Assembly (NCBI GenBank): GCA_043228905.1
Contig: JBHGNT010000022.1
Location: 2,108,001-2,172,000, forward strand
Reading direction: 5' to 3'
DNA: 64,000 nt
Origin: Azolla caroliniana
Taxonomy: Eukaryota; Plantae; Polypodiophyta
Shown piece by piece: positions 47,596-59,625 of the stretch (within the stretch, counting starts at the first letter, position 1; every line of letters begins with the position of its first letter). The notes beneath the pieces are model-generated. The model was not told the DNA's origin. It searched no databases and was given only the letters and a program-made list of their open reading frames with translations. Both the position numbers and the translations under genes were made by a program.

Positions 47596-50500
47596 GTCTG
47601 CTTCGAGGTCGAGGAAAGATGGCGAGGTAGAGTGGTGATGAGAGTGAGAGCGAGAGAGAGAGCGCTCCGAACGTGGGGGTTCTCTGAGTGCAGGTTCGCG
47701 TTTGCTAAGCTTCCACTGCCTTGATGCTTCTGTGCTTCTTGGCTCGCGAAAAAAAAAGGTCTCCATGCGTTCTTCTTTTTCTCTGTGCGTCTTGGCGCCT
47801 TTTCCGAGCATGCGCACGTCGTGTACCAATTTAGTATTAAGTAACGTGGCGGCTCTTAAATGCCCACTACGTACCTTTTTGCTCCTTGCTTTCACGTCCG
47901 TTCATACCTCGATTTTTAATGATTTTTTTTTTTTTTTTCTTTTAATGACGGTATGTGATCTTACACATCCGTAGGTCCCTTCGGACCCTTACCGTTTTCC
48001 TTACGGGTTGCCGTGTCTTCCTTCGCCTCTGCTACGGGTTCCCCGTCGTCTTTTTCTTCCATCCGTACCGTTCCCGGACAGGTTCCCGGTATAGTGCCGG
48101 TGGGCTGCATAAACGGGTTACTTGGCATCGGTCCTTTATAGGGCTTTAGTCTAAATCCGTTGACCCACTTGCCTAGCACTTCACCGGCAAGTGTCCCTAA
48201 CTGATAGGACCCGTTGTATTCCCGTGTCAGCCAATACGGGCCTGTCCATCTAAACCGGAGTTTACCCGGCATCTTGCCCATCCTCGTTTGGAATACTAGC
48301 ACCGGCTTTCCGATTTCGAACATCTTCTCATTACCTTTCCGGTGACGGTCAACGAACGCTTTCCGTCGTCGTTGCTCCAGTTCCATGTGTAGGATGCTGG
48401 CCAGCCGTTGCTCCTCCAGTTCGCATAGTGCTGCTAGCCGCATTTCCTCCGACTCCTTTTCATTCAGCCGTTCCCGTAGTTGGATTCGTAAGCTTGGTAC
48501 CTGAAATTCCACCGGCATGACCGCCTCTAAGCCGAACGCTAACCGGAACGGCGTTGTCCGGATACTTGTTTTGTATGCCGTTCGGTACGCCCATAGCGCG
48601 CTATGGAGCTTTGTATCCCAGTCCGTCCGGTTTTCATTGACGATTTTGCGGAGAATGTTCTGCAGCGTTTTGTTGGTGGACTCTGCTAACCCGTTCGCTT
48701 GTGGGTAGTACGGTGTGCTCCGTTTATGGACCACTGCATAGAACGTTGTTAAGCTTTCAACTACCTAGCCGAGGAAGTGCCCTCCTTGGTCGCTGATTAA
48801 TTCAATCGGACATCCATATCGGCACCAAATGTTCTCGTACAGGAATTTTGCTATGGATGACGCGGTGTTGTCTCTCAAGGCCTTAGCCTCCACCCATTTA
48901 GTGCAATAATCTGTTGCCACGATGACATAACGATTACCTGTTCTCATTGCCGGTGGCTTGAACGGTCCGACAAAATCCAACCCCCACTTCTGGAATGGCT
49001 CTAGTGGAAGTACCGGTTGGTGTGGCATACGTGCTTGCTCCGTAGGCTGGCCCATTCGTTGGCATAGGTCACATTCCTTAGCATACTTGACGGCGTCTTT
49101 TAACGTCGTGGGCCACCATAAGCCGCTCTGCCATACTTTCCTTGTCGTCGCTTCCCCGGCATAGTGTCCTCCGGCAACCCCACAGTGTGCTTCCCGTAAG
49201 ATTACTTGTTTCTCGTCACTACGGACTGCCCGTCTCCATATTCCATCTGCTCCCTTGTGGTAGAGAGTGTCCTGTAACAGACAGAAATTGCGGCTCTGCA
49301 CCGCCAGTCGTTTCCTCTCGTCCCGGTTCATTTCCTCCGGTGGCAGGCCCGTGCTTAGGAACTGGTGCATGTTTGTCAGCCACCTATCTTCTGATGCCAC
49401 CGTGTCGTCCGCTGCCGTTTCCGGGGTGATACGGAATAACTCTGCGTCCGGGAATTCATCCGATACTCCGTCGCCTGATTCTCCGGACTCTAACCGGCTC
49501 AGGTAGTCTTCTACGGCATGCTGGATACCGGGCCGGTGGAAGATCTCGAATTCGAACTCCTGCAACAGCAAGGTCCAACGGGCCAACTTACCGGTCAGGG
49601 ACGCCTTGGACACTAAGTACAGGAGCGCCGAGTGATCCACATGAAAGGAGAACTTCCTTCCCAATAGGTAATGACGAAACTTTGTTACACTGTAGATCAT
49701 GCCCAGGGCCTCCCGTTCCGTAGTCGAATAGTTCTTCTCCGCTTGGGACAGCTTCCGGCTGGCGTAATATACCGGCCGGTACCATTTAGGCTCCGTAAGT
49801 TGCATTAAGGCGCTGCCGATAGCGATGTCGGAAGCGTCCACGAACACATGAAATTCCTTGCTCCAATCCGGAGGCTGCACGACGGGTGCTTGCGACAAAA
49901 GTACCTTCAGGGTATTGTATGCCTTATCCTCCGTATCCGTCCATTGCAACGGTGTCCGATGTACCGCGGTGTGTAATGGTGTAGCCAAGTCAGCCAAGTG
50001 ACGGAGCATCCGGTTGTGCCACCGGATCTGTCCTAAGAATCGACTTAGTGCTTTGGCCGTTTTCGGCGCCGGTGCCCCTAGTATCGCGTTTACTTTGTCC
50101 GGGTCGACCGCAATGCCCTCCTTACTTACAATGTGTCCCAGTAAGATTCCACTTAAAACCCCAAAGATGCATTTTGCTGGGTTTAAGCTTAGCCGGTATA
50201 ACCTACACTTTTCAAGGCATAACCGTAGGTGCTGCAAATGGTCTTTTTCCCGGCTATAGACTGCAAAGTCATCCAGGAAAACCTGCATGAAGGCTGGAAT
50301 GTATTCGCCGAAGATCTCCATGATGATTCGCTGGAAAGTTGCTGGTGCCGTTTTTAGTCCGAACATCATTACTACGGCCACAAACACCCCCCATTCGGTG
50401 ACGAACGCTGTCTTCTCCTGGTCGTCAGGGTGCATCTGGATTTGATTGTATCCGCTAAACCCGTCTAAAAAGCTATAAACTTCATGGCCGGCGACGGCAT

Positions 50501-53197
50501 CCAGTACTCCATCCGTGAACGGAAGAGGGAATGCATCCGTAATTGTGGCTGCATTTAGTTTCCTGTAATCTACACACACGCGAATTTTACCGTTCTTCTT
50601 TGGGACGACGACGATGGGGCTCAGCCACGTCACTTTCTTTACCGGCCGGATGAAGCCCACTCTTAGGAGTTTGTCGATTTCCTCCTTCACTTTGGCGGCG
50701 TAGTTGGGGTTCATTCGGTAACGTCTTTGCGCCACTGGTTTCGCGTCCTTGCCTAAGTGGATCTGATGCTGATATAATTGAGGGTCCAGCCCTCGCATGT
50801 CTTCGTATGACCAGGCGAATATGTCGCGAAACTCCGTGAGAAGTTTGATCATTGCCGCTTTATCTTCCGGCTTCATTTCTTTGGCGATGTGTACCGGCTT
50901 TGATTCGTCCTTGCTTCCTAGGTTCACTTTGTCGAGCTGGGATGTTTTTACCCGTTGGGAAACGGCCATTTCCCGTTCCAACGCTTCCTGTGCTTGCCGT
51001 AATTCCCGAATCGAATCTTTGTCTGGTTCGGCTTCGGTTTCGTCCCGCTGCGGCAAGTATGGCGCTACGGCTTCAGCCACGTCAATCTCGAAAAGTGGTA
51101 CGATCTTCGAGTGTTCCTCCAAGTACTGGGCTTCTTCGTCGTCTGCCAACCCTTCAAGCATGTTCACGCATTCCGCATACAGCGGTGTGCATTCCTTACC
51201 GTTGCTCGTTCGTGGTTGTGTCGGTACCCGGACCTTGGCTTTTCCGCGCCGGAAGGTAATCATATTTTTCCGCCAATTTTGCTTGATGTGTGCTGTTTTC
51301 AACCATGGTCTGCCCAGCAACAGTGGGTACGCGCCTTGCGCCTGTAGCTGCAGCACTACAGCCGAGATGTGAAATGTGTGACCTCCTATGGTGACTTCCA
51401 ATTTCCGTATTAAGCCTGTCGGCCGTACAGAGCTCGTATCCGCCATCCGTAGCCAGAACGGACATGGCTCCCATTCATGTATACCCAAGGCATCACACGT
51501 GCGGAGGCTTATTACGTTCACCCCGGAACCTCCATCGATTACTGTGCCGGGAAGTTCGTGCCCTTTGACAATAGCTGTGATCACCAGACTACTAGTGTCC
51601 ACCACCGTCGGTCCCTCCTCCGGATTCGAGAAGAGGACTGGTGCCGGTGGGGCTATACCGTCTGTCATGACCGTTTTTAGTCCTTCCGTAAATCGCGACA
51701 CGAGCTGCAAGAGTCTTCCTAATGGCAACGTGATCTGACATTCTTGCAGTGCTTGCCATGTCTCGTTTTCTGCGTGGCTACTGCCGGCACTCCCTATGGT
51801 ATTCGCCGTTTGCCGTTCCGCGTCCGCGACGTTCCTTTCATTGGCTTCCTTCACCCATTCCGTCGCCTGTTTTCGTATGGCCTCTTGTGTTTCCCACTCT
51901 TTGGCCATGCCTTTCGACCGTGTGGTTACTTGCTGTAACTCCGCCACTTCCGGAACCACCATATTAACTACTGGTCGTTTATCGTAGCTCTTTGCCGGGC
52001 ACTGGTTACTGTAGTGGCCTTCCTGCCTGCAGTAGTAGCAGTACTCTTTACGGGTATTGCTGGATTCAGCATTGCTGGTAGCCGGAGTCGGTCCCGTAGT
52101 GAGTGGTGCGTTCTGTGCCGGTTGGCTCCTTGGGGTTCCATGTTCCGGGTCCCTAGGGTGACCACCTTTCTTGAAATTACGTTTCTTATTATTCTTATTT
52201 TTATTTCGGTAGTCCTGTCGTGGTGGATCGTAAAATCGGCCGTAGTCCTCCTGGTGCCTTCGGTAACCAGGGGAATGGTCTCTGTCGTATTGCTCGTGTC
52301 GTCTGTTGGACTCCCGATAACGGTCCGATCGCTCATACCGGTCGTAGTTATCATGCCGATCCCCGTACCGGCCATCATTCTCTTGTCTGTCTCCGTACCG
52401 GACATCCTGTGCCGGTCGGTACCGGTTCATTCTTTGCCAACGATCTTCATCTTCGTCTCGGCTGCTTCTTGGCTCGATCCGTCGAACGGGTGGTGCTTGT
52501 CGGTTTAGCAGGTTATACTCGCACCGGTCCGTTGTATGACTCTTGGATTGACAAATCACACACTGGGTTCGCATGGTGCACTCCACTGCCGAGTGTCCGG
52601 CATTCAAGCAGATTGTGCATTGAATTGCCTGCCGGAACCGGAGATCTTCATCTGTGGGTAACGCCCGTTGCAGTGCTCCCAGTGTAAGCCATGAGCTTGA
52701 CTTTTCCATTTCTCTGACCCGGTCAATGACCTGGTCAATGGTGCTTCCTCGAAAGTCGATCACCGTACACACCGTGCGTAACGGTTCCCGGAGTGCGTTT
52801 AAAAATATCGTCCGTAATTCCTCCTCCGGGGGTGCACGGGTAAGCTGGCTATGTATTCGTTGGAAACGGATGACGAATTGGGGAATGCTTTCCCCTACCT
52901 CCTGTCGGATCGTATAAAACAGGCCCACCATCGTCGTCTGGTCGACCTCCTTGTGGAAAAAATGCAAGAATTTTGCTTTTAATTCTGCAAAGGTTGTGAC
53001 GGTTGCCGGGTCCTCCGTCCGCCGCCATCGTGCCGCTGGTCCTTCCAACGTGACCCCGAATTCCGCTATCTTCGAGCGTTCTTCTTCCTCCGGTGTCAAT
53101 CGCTGGGACGCGTTGTCGTAGTGTAAGTTGCACACTATGTGGAAATTATATTTTTGTCCCTCCGGATAGAGAATGGAGTGCTCGGTGAGAACCGGAA

Positions 53198-53290
53198 GAA
53201 AACGGCATACCGGCAAGGAGGAAAAACGGCATACCGGCAAGGAGGAAAACGACATACCGGCAAGGAAGAAAACGGCATACCGGCAAGGAA
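53198..53290 (+). repeat. 4 x 23-bp tandem repeat in the H LTR (also ~59697-59789)
   Basis: Unit AAAACGGCATACCGGCAAGGARG. Confidence 0.9.
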
Positions 53291-53950
53291 GAGCCGGATA
53301 AAGAGACATAAATGTAAAAAGAAAGGAAATACTCACTACTGCGCAGGGCGTGATTCAAACTCTGCACCTCCACGTTGACAAACCCCAACCTTACCATTAC
53401 ATTAACTTATCTTAAGTGTTTTAAATATAGATTTAATACGTATAAGACCTTTATTTATGCATACCTTTATTAAAAGGTAAATCGTGTATTTTTTTAATAT
53501 ATGAAAAAGAAAAACACGAGACACTAAAAATAACTCATGCACATCTAGCGTGCATGAGCCCTATACTTAGGAAATAAAAAAGCATCACATACACATTTAG
53601 TGGACATGAACACTTTTTGTAAAAAACAAAAAGCATGAAGCCATGCTTAGCTCTTCCTCCCTTATATAAGGAGGAGAGAAATATGTAAAGGGTTGTTGAT
53701 TATTTGGATTAAGTATTAATCAATACAAAAATTATTCGTGGGATTCACGATTTATACATCTACTTCTCTCCTAACACCCTAAGTACCAATTAATATAGTA
53801 TACTCGTGTGATTCACGAGTTTCTTATCTTTCTCTTCGCTATTTATTCATAATTAATCTTTATCTCACGAACTTCTTTCTCCTAGTCCAAGACCTCTGTG
53901 GTTCCCACCCGACTCACGCAACGATCCGGAGCCGAAAGGCACGACACAGT

Positions 53951-53968
53951 TGGTGAACCCGACGTGAA
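53951..53968 (+). promoter_or_regulatory. PBS complementary to the 3' end of tRNA-Trp
   Basis: TGGTGAACCCGACGTGAA is the reverse complement of TTCACGTCGGGTTCACCA, the 3' end of plant tRNA-Trp(CCA) as I recall it. Confidence 0.85.
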
Positions 53969-53984
53969 GACGGGTGGCAAGGAG

Positions 53985-56024
53985 ATGGAGGCTCAACAAG
54001 CTAACAATATGATGGCGATGTTCGAACGGATGCTTCAAGAACAACGCACGATGTCAGAGATTTCGGCATCAGTAGAGCGGCTCGTGCAACGCAACGGGCA
54101 ATTTAATGGTGAGGATGTGTCGCGATATTTGCAGGACTACAAGGCGGAGATGCTCCGGTGCCGGGCTTCGGAAGGACTGCAAGTGACATCCTTTAACCGG
54201 GTGGCGACCGACGGGCTTCAAGGGAGTATCCACGGGTTGCAACAACAAAATCCGACGTGGGAAGCATTCGAAGAGGCGTTAAAGACCACGTTTGCCATCG
54301 AGGACTCCTCCAAGGCAACGCGGAGGGGATTCGAGGATTGGGTGGAAACGTCAGGTAAGGGGTTGAAGGTCCTCGAAGTGTTTTCGACATTCGAAAGTCG
54401 GTTCGGGAGGTTGTCCGCGAGAGATCAAACTATTCTTGCGCCGGACAAAGTCATCATGTTTTTGCGAGCTGTGCACGTCCGGGACCGGAAAGATCTCGGA
54501 GTGCTTCTTGAGGACACGACCACCGAAAGCGGCCTCACCGAAACATGGGAAAGCGTGCGGGATATCGTCGCGCGGTACACGAAGAGGGGGCAATGGCTTG
54601 CCAACGAAGAAAAGAGGGTTTCGGAACCGATTCCGAAACCGAGTACGGGACTGGAAGACCATCAACCGAGGGCTCGGGAGATTACGGCCGAGAAGGGAGT
54701 CGACGCGTCTACGGTGGAGCAGCTGCTGAAGGAGATGGAGAATCTAAAGATCGCGATGGTGAAGAAGTCGGATGATCGCCCCACAAGCTCCAAATATACG
54801 GATCGACGGTGCATATGGTGCGATAGCGCCGAACACGATCGGAGGGATTGCGACGACCATAAGGAGGCGCTACGACGGGATCTCATCTACTACGAGGGAA
54901 ACCGGATTCATTCGATGGACTCTCGGAAGCCACTCCGACCGAACTTCCGGAAAGGCGGCATGAAGAAGGTGCTCGAGGAGGAGTTAGCGGCAAGAAGCAA
55001 CTATGCGACAACCGCGGGAATATGTGTCGGGGAGTCAACGGGAGCGAAGGCGTCTTTCTGGCCGGAGGTGCTAGGAAACACCGAGAAAACCGACTCCAAT
55101 GATATCCGAAACACCGCGGAAGGCGTCCGGGAAGCTACGGGATGGGAGTGCCCTGTCGACAAGAATAGCATATACGCCCTGTGTCAATTACATGAGGTGT
55201 ATGTGGACGAGAAACGACGGCGCACGGAGGATGCGGCCGGACCATCGAAGATACCGGAAAGCTGGAACTCCGGAGGTAAGGGAAAAGAAAAGGCGACTCC
55301 GGCATTCAAGCTCGCCTCGGACATAGAACAACAAACCGACTTGAAAAGAGTGTTCGAGGAAAGAATCTTGGATAGCCGGGTAGATTTTTCGCTGCGGGAA
55401 CTACTCGGAATAGCGAAGAAGGAGTTTCACGATCTTCTCGTGGATCTCGTAAAAAGGAAGAGACAAAGTACGGAGGAAAATGCTCCAAGGGTGAATGCAA
55501 ATACCGTTTCAATGAACGACACCGAAGTGGAAGGTGAAATTCCGAACTCCCACTATACAAGGCCACACTGGGCACGTGCGACTACGGAGACTCCGGTCCG
55601 AATCGGCAACATCAAAGAACCCGTGCTAGCATTGATTGATCACGGATCGGAGATCAACTTGATGTCCAAGGAGTTCTACCGAAAGGGGAAGTGGCCTATA
55701 AACACCAACCATGGATGGAAGATTCGGGCAGCCACGAAAACGACAGAAGACCTATTTGCGGCTTGTCCGGATGTGACGGTAAAGATCGGGGATGTCGAAA
55801 TTGACCAAAATTTCTTTGTGCAGGATGAGGTTTCACATTCTGTCATCCTCGGCCAACCCTTTATCACGGCTTCACGGATGGAGACGAAGGTGCTCGATAG
55901 TGGTGCGGCTTTTGCGCGAATTCGGAGCCAAAACGGAGGGAAATCCGTCCAATTCCTAACGGTGCCGGCAAATCACGAAAGGAACAAGAGGGAACTCTTG
56001 TCCCAAGTGAGAATGGATTTTTAA
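53985..56024 (+). CDS. gag: Gag-protease of H
   Basis: Open ORF from the first ATG after the PBS; FNGEDVSRYL; CIWCDSAEHDRRDC knuckle; LIDHGSEINLM...VILGQPF protease. Confidence 0.88.
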   Translation: MEAQQANNMMAMFERMLQEQRTMSEISASVERLVQRNGQFNGEDVSRYLQDYKAEMLRCRASEGLQVTSFNRVATDGLQGSIHGLQQQNPTWEAFEEALKTTFAIEDSSKATRRGFEDWVETSGKGLKVLEVFSTFESRFGRLSARDQTILAPDKVIMFLRAVHVRDRKDLGVLLEDTTTESGLTETWESVRDIVARYTKRGQWLANEEKRVSEPIPKPSTGLEDHQPRAREITAEKGVDASTVEQLLKEMENLKIAMVKKSDDRPTSSKYTDRRCIWCDSAEHDRRDCDDHKEALRRDLIYYEGNRIHSMDSRKPLRPNFRKGGMKKVLEEELAARSNYATTAGICVGESTGAKASFWPEVLGNTEKTDSNDIRNTAEGVREATGWECPVDKNSIYALCQLHEVYVDEKRRRTEDAAGPSKIPESWNSGGKGKEKATPAFKLASDIEQQTDLKRVFEERILDSRVDFSLRELLGIAKKEFHDLLVDLVKRKRQSTEENAPRVNANTVSMNDTEVEGEIPNSHYTRPHWARATTETPVRIGNIKEPVLALIDHGSEINLMSKEFYRKGKWPINTNHGWKIRAATKTTEDLFAACPDVTVKIGDVEIDQNFFVQDEVSHSVILGQPFITASRMETKVLDSGAAFARIRSQNGGKSVQFLTVPANHERNKRELLSQVRMDF

Positions 56025-56078
56025 AGCGGACTGTTGCGGAGTGGGGAAGTGATAGTCCGAGAAGCCCTGATACCCCAC
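56015..56078 (+). promoter_or_regulatory. -1 frameshift signal: G_GAU_UUU + 5-nt spacer + H-type pseudoknot
   Basis: S1 56027-56037 / 56049-56059; S2 GUGGGG 56041-56046 / CCCCAC 56073-56078. The -1 frame is open into the pol ORF. Confidence 0.82.
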
Positions 56079-59000
56079 ACAGGAAGAAAACTCTCGGAGC
56101 AAAACAAGTACGAATCGGCCCGGATGGGGCATCTACGTACACGGCCGTAACCGGAGGAATGAAGAAACAATACCGACAAGTGGAGGATAAGTTACGGTCG
56201 GCATCAATAATAACAGAAGACGAAGAAATCGTGGGAGTGATCGAGGAAGTGTTCTATGGGAATACACTACAACGGCTTGAAGAGCTTGCGGAAGATAAAA
56301 GCCAAGGGAACCGGGTAGTCCCGGTGGAATCGGTCGAGATGTACGAGATCGTTGCGAAAATGGGGCCGGATGCGCTCCGCAAAGAAGAAGCAATGGTAAG
56401 TACGAAATACAAGACCGTGGAGAAGAAGGTGAAACCGGCCGCGGGACCACTACCCGCCGATAGCGAACAAAAGAAGAAAGAAGTCTCGGGAGATCCGACA
56501 CTTCGGAAGTCCGTGGATATCGGACATGCCTTCACAGATGAGACCCGGAAGAAACTTCGGATCGGTGGAGGTGGGTTCCTCTTACAAGAAGAAGAAAAAC
56601 GGTTTCGAGAGATGTTGGAGCAACACGGCAAAGCATTCGCGTTCACATCAAGGGAGATCGGATGCATTGATCCAAAGATAGTGGAGCCGATGGTGATTTT
56701 CACGATTGATCATGTACCGTGGAACCTGAAGCCGATTCCGGTGCCACGGGCGCATATTCCGAAAGTCATCGACTTACTCAAGGAGAAGGTGGCGATGGGG
56801 ATTCTAGAGCCATCAAGTGCTCCGTACTCAAATCGATGGTTTACGGTTCCGAAGAAGAATGGGTCACTCCGATTCATCCAAGACTTGCAACCGGTGAACA
56901 AGGTCACGATCCGGAACTCGGGAGTCGGTCCGATAGTGGACGAATTCGCGGAAGCTTTTGCCGGACGTGCGATATACTCCATCGGGGACCTATACTCGGG
57001 GTATGACCAATTCCAACTAGCCGTGGAGAGCCGAGACATCACTACCATGCGGACACCGATAGGACTAGTTCGAATGTGCACACTACCACAAGGAGCGACA
57101 AACTCGGTTGCACATATGATGAACGCGATGAACAAGGTGCTTCGAGATTGCATCCCGGAGATAACGATGCCGTTTCTAGATGACATTCCGATGAAAGGAT
57201 GCGCGGTGGAAGAAAAAGATGAGACTATGGATGATCGGGGATGCCGAAAGTTCGTGGTCGACCATATTCATGATTGCGAGAAAGTGTTGCGAAAGCTAGA
57301 AGATGTGCACCTAACACTTTCCGGGGAGAAATCGGCATTCGGGCAAGAAGAAATATTGGTGGTCGGACATCTATGTGGACCCTACGACCGAAGACCGTCA
57401 CCAACAAAGATCGATGCGATTCAAGCTATGAAGGAAGTATGTGAGTCAACATCGGAAGTCCGAAGGTTTGTAGGTGCGTGTGCATTCTATCACATATGGA
57501 TTCCGCACTATGCACATATAGCGGACCCGCTCTATCACTTGTTGCGGAAAGGTAAGAAATTCGAGTGGAAACCGGAACACACTAAAGCCATGAGGAAGCT
57601 CAAGAAGACACTATGGAGGGCGGAATCACTTAAGAAGCCAAGCTACGAGCGGCCAATCATAGTAACGGTTGATACAAGTCCAACCGGTATCGGGTGGGTC
57701 ATCAATCAAGCCGACTCGGATGGTTCGCGGTATCCGATCCGATTTGGAGCAAAGGTCCCCAACAAAAGGCAACGCGGATATGCACAAGTCAAAAGAGAAT
57801 TGTGGGGAGTCGTGTCGGCGATAAAATCGGATCGGGATTATTTGATCGGAGCTGAAGTGGTGATCGAGACGGATTGTCTTCCGATACTCGGGATGATGCG
57901 GTGTTGTACGATACCGGATGTGGCTATGCTAAGGTGGATTGCATATGTCAAGTCACTTAATCCGGAGGTTCGACACATCTCGGGGAAGGACAACGCGGTA
58001 GCGGACATGTTATCGAGGGCGCGGTTTGAAGACGACATAACCGAATCAGATAATGAAGAAGTTTCCGAAGACTACTTCACGTCAGAACACATATGCCGAG
58101 TGAACGTGATCCGAGAATTCCGGGAAGAAGAATACGAGGGGGAAACCTTGATGATCGGGAAGATGCTACAAGAGGTCGAGGATTCAACCAATGATAAAGA
58201 AAGGAGAGCCGAGATCCGAAGGAAGAAGAGGCAAGTCCAAAAGTTCTTCTTGGAAAACGGTTTAATATGGAGGACGCCGAAAAGACCGGATGGGATACCA
58301 CTTCGAGTAGTCGGGACGAAAGAGCAACGAAACCGGATAATGTCCGAGTTCCACGAATCCGATTGGGCTGGACATCGAGGAACATGGGCAACTTTTGTGA
58401 AAATTAAGCAAAGATATTGGTGGAAGAACATGTATAAAGATATCGCGGAGTTCACAGAAAGCTGCGAGAAATGTCAAGTCTACTCCGGGGTCCGACACCG
58501 AGATGAGCTGCATCCGACATTCTCACCGACAATCAACTTCAAGTGGATGGTCGACATTGTAGCTATGCCGACCGGGATTGGACAAAAGAAATACTTGGTG
58601 TTAGCTCGAGAAGATCTCACAAACCAAGTTGAAGGTCGAGCGCTTCGGAGGAAAACGTGTGCCGCGGTGTGCCAATTTCTTTTGGAAGAAGTGTTTTGTA
58701 GGTACGGCTGCGTAGGACAAGTGATTGCGGAACGGGAGAACTCGACTCGGACAAAGCTAGGGGATTCTTCGCCAAACATGGAGTTCGGTTAACGTTGACA
58801 ACGGCCTACAATCCGGAGGCCAACGGGAAGATCGAACGAGGACATAGTCCGATCGTGAAAGCACTTGCGAAGGCATGCGACGGAAGGGTGAAGGATTGGC
58901 CACAAATGCTTCCGTATGCACTATGGGCGGATCGGACGACGCATAGCTCCGTGACCAGTTACATGCCGGCAGAACTCATGACCGGACAAGCACCGGTAAT

Positions 59001-59625
59001 GCCAACGGAAACCGCAATCGCGACATGGACAATACTACCGTGGAAGGAAGAGATGAGCCGGGAAGAACTACTAGTGGTCCGGATACGGCAACTGGAGGGA
59101 AGACCGAAAGATGTAGCGGAAGCGTCACGCCGACAACAAGAAGCACGGTTCCGGAACAAAAGCCGGTTCGACACAAAGCACCGACTACGACCGAGGAGGA
59201 TTGAAGAAGGAGATTGGGTGATCGTCTATGATAGTAGCTTGGACCATCAACATACAACGATGCGGAAATTCGCGAAAAGGTGGTTCAGGCCGTACGAGGT
59301 TCGGAAGGTCTTCGACAACGGGACGTACCGACTGTCCGAGTTGGATGGAACAATACTACGAGTGCCTATAGCCGGGAAGCGGGTGAAGATTTTTAAGAAG
59401 CGGACCGACGACAAAACTTATGTGATCCAAGTCGAGGCCGACAACGAGGAGCAATCGGACGAAGACCACAATGATGCGGGAAGCGAAGAAAGTGGATTAC
59501 AACTCATAGTCGACATAAGGGGAGAATCGGAGGAAGCTTCGGATGAAGACGGATACGAAGAATCAAGAACTTCGGCACATACCGGAGGATGTGCGGGTTT
59601 GGAGGGGGCGAGTGTCGTAGTGTAA
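56015..59625 (+). CDS. pol: Pol of H (RT-RNaseH-integrase), reached by -1 frameshift; apparent 1-nt deletion at ~58732
   Basis: KYKTVEKKVKP; YSNRWFTVPKKNGSLRFIQDLQPVN; DLYSGYDQ; LPQGATNS; PFLDD; TVDTS; integrase WMVDIV, EDLTN, YNPEANGKIERGH. Confidence 0.88.

Noticed and set aside
44935-47895. env gene in D
   Set aside because: No signal peptide or transmembrane segment; the composition is charged coiled coil.
53114-53336. Hydrophobic N-terminus of the 1523-aa ORF
   Set aside because: Antisense read of the H LTR fused to D Gag. The same peptide recurs at 59563-59835.
16770-59625. Many short antisense or alternate-frame ORFs over gag-pol regions
   Set aside because: Expected shadows of GC-rich coding sequence, with no independent motifs.
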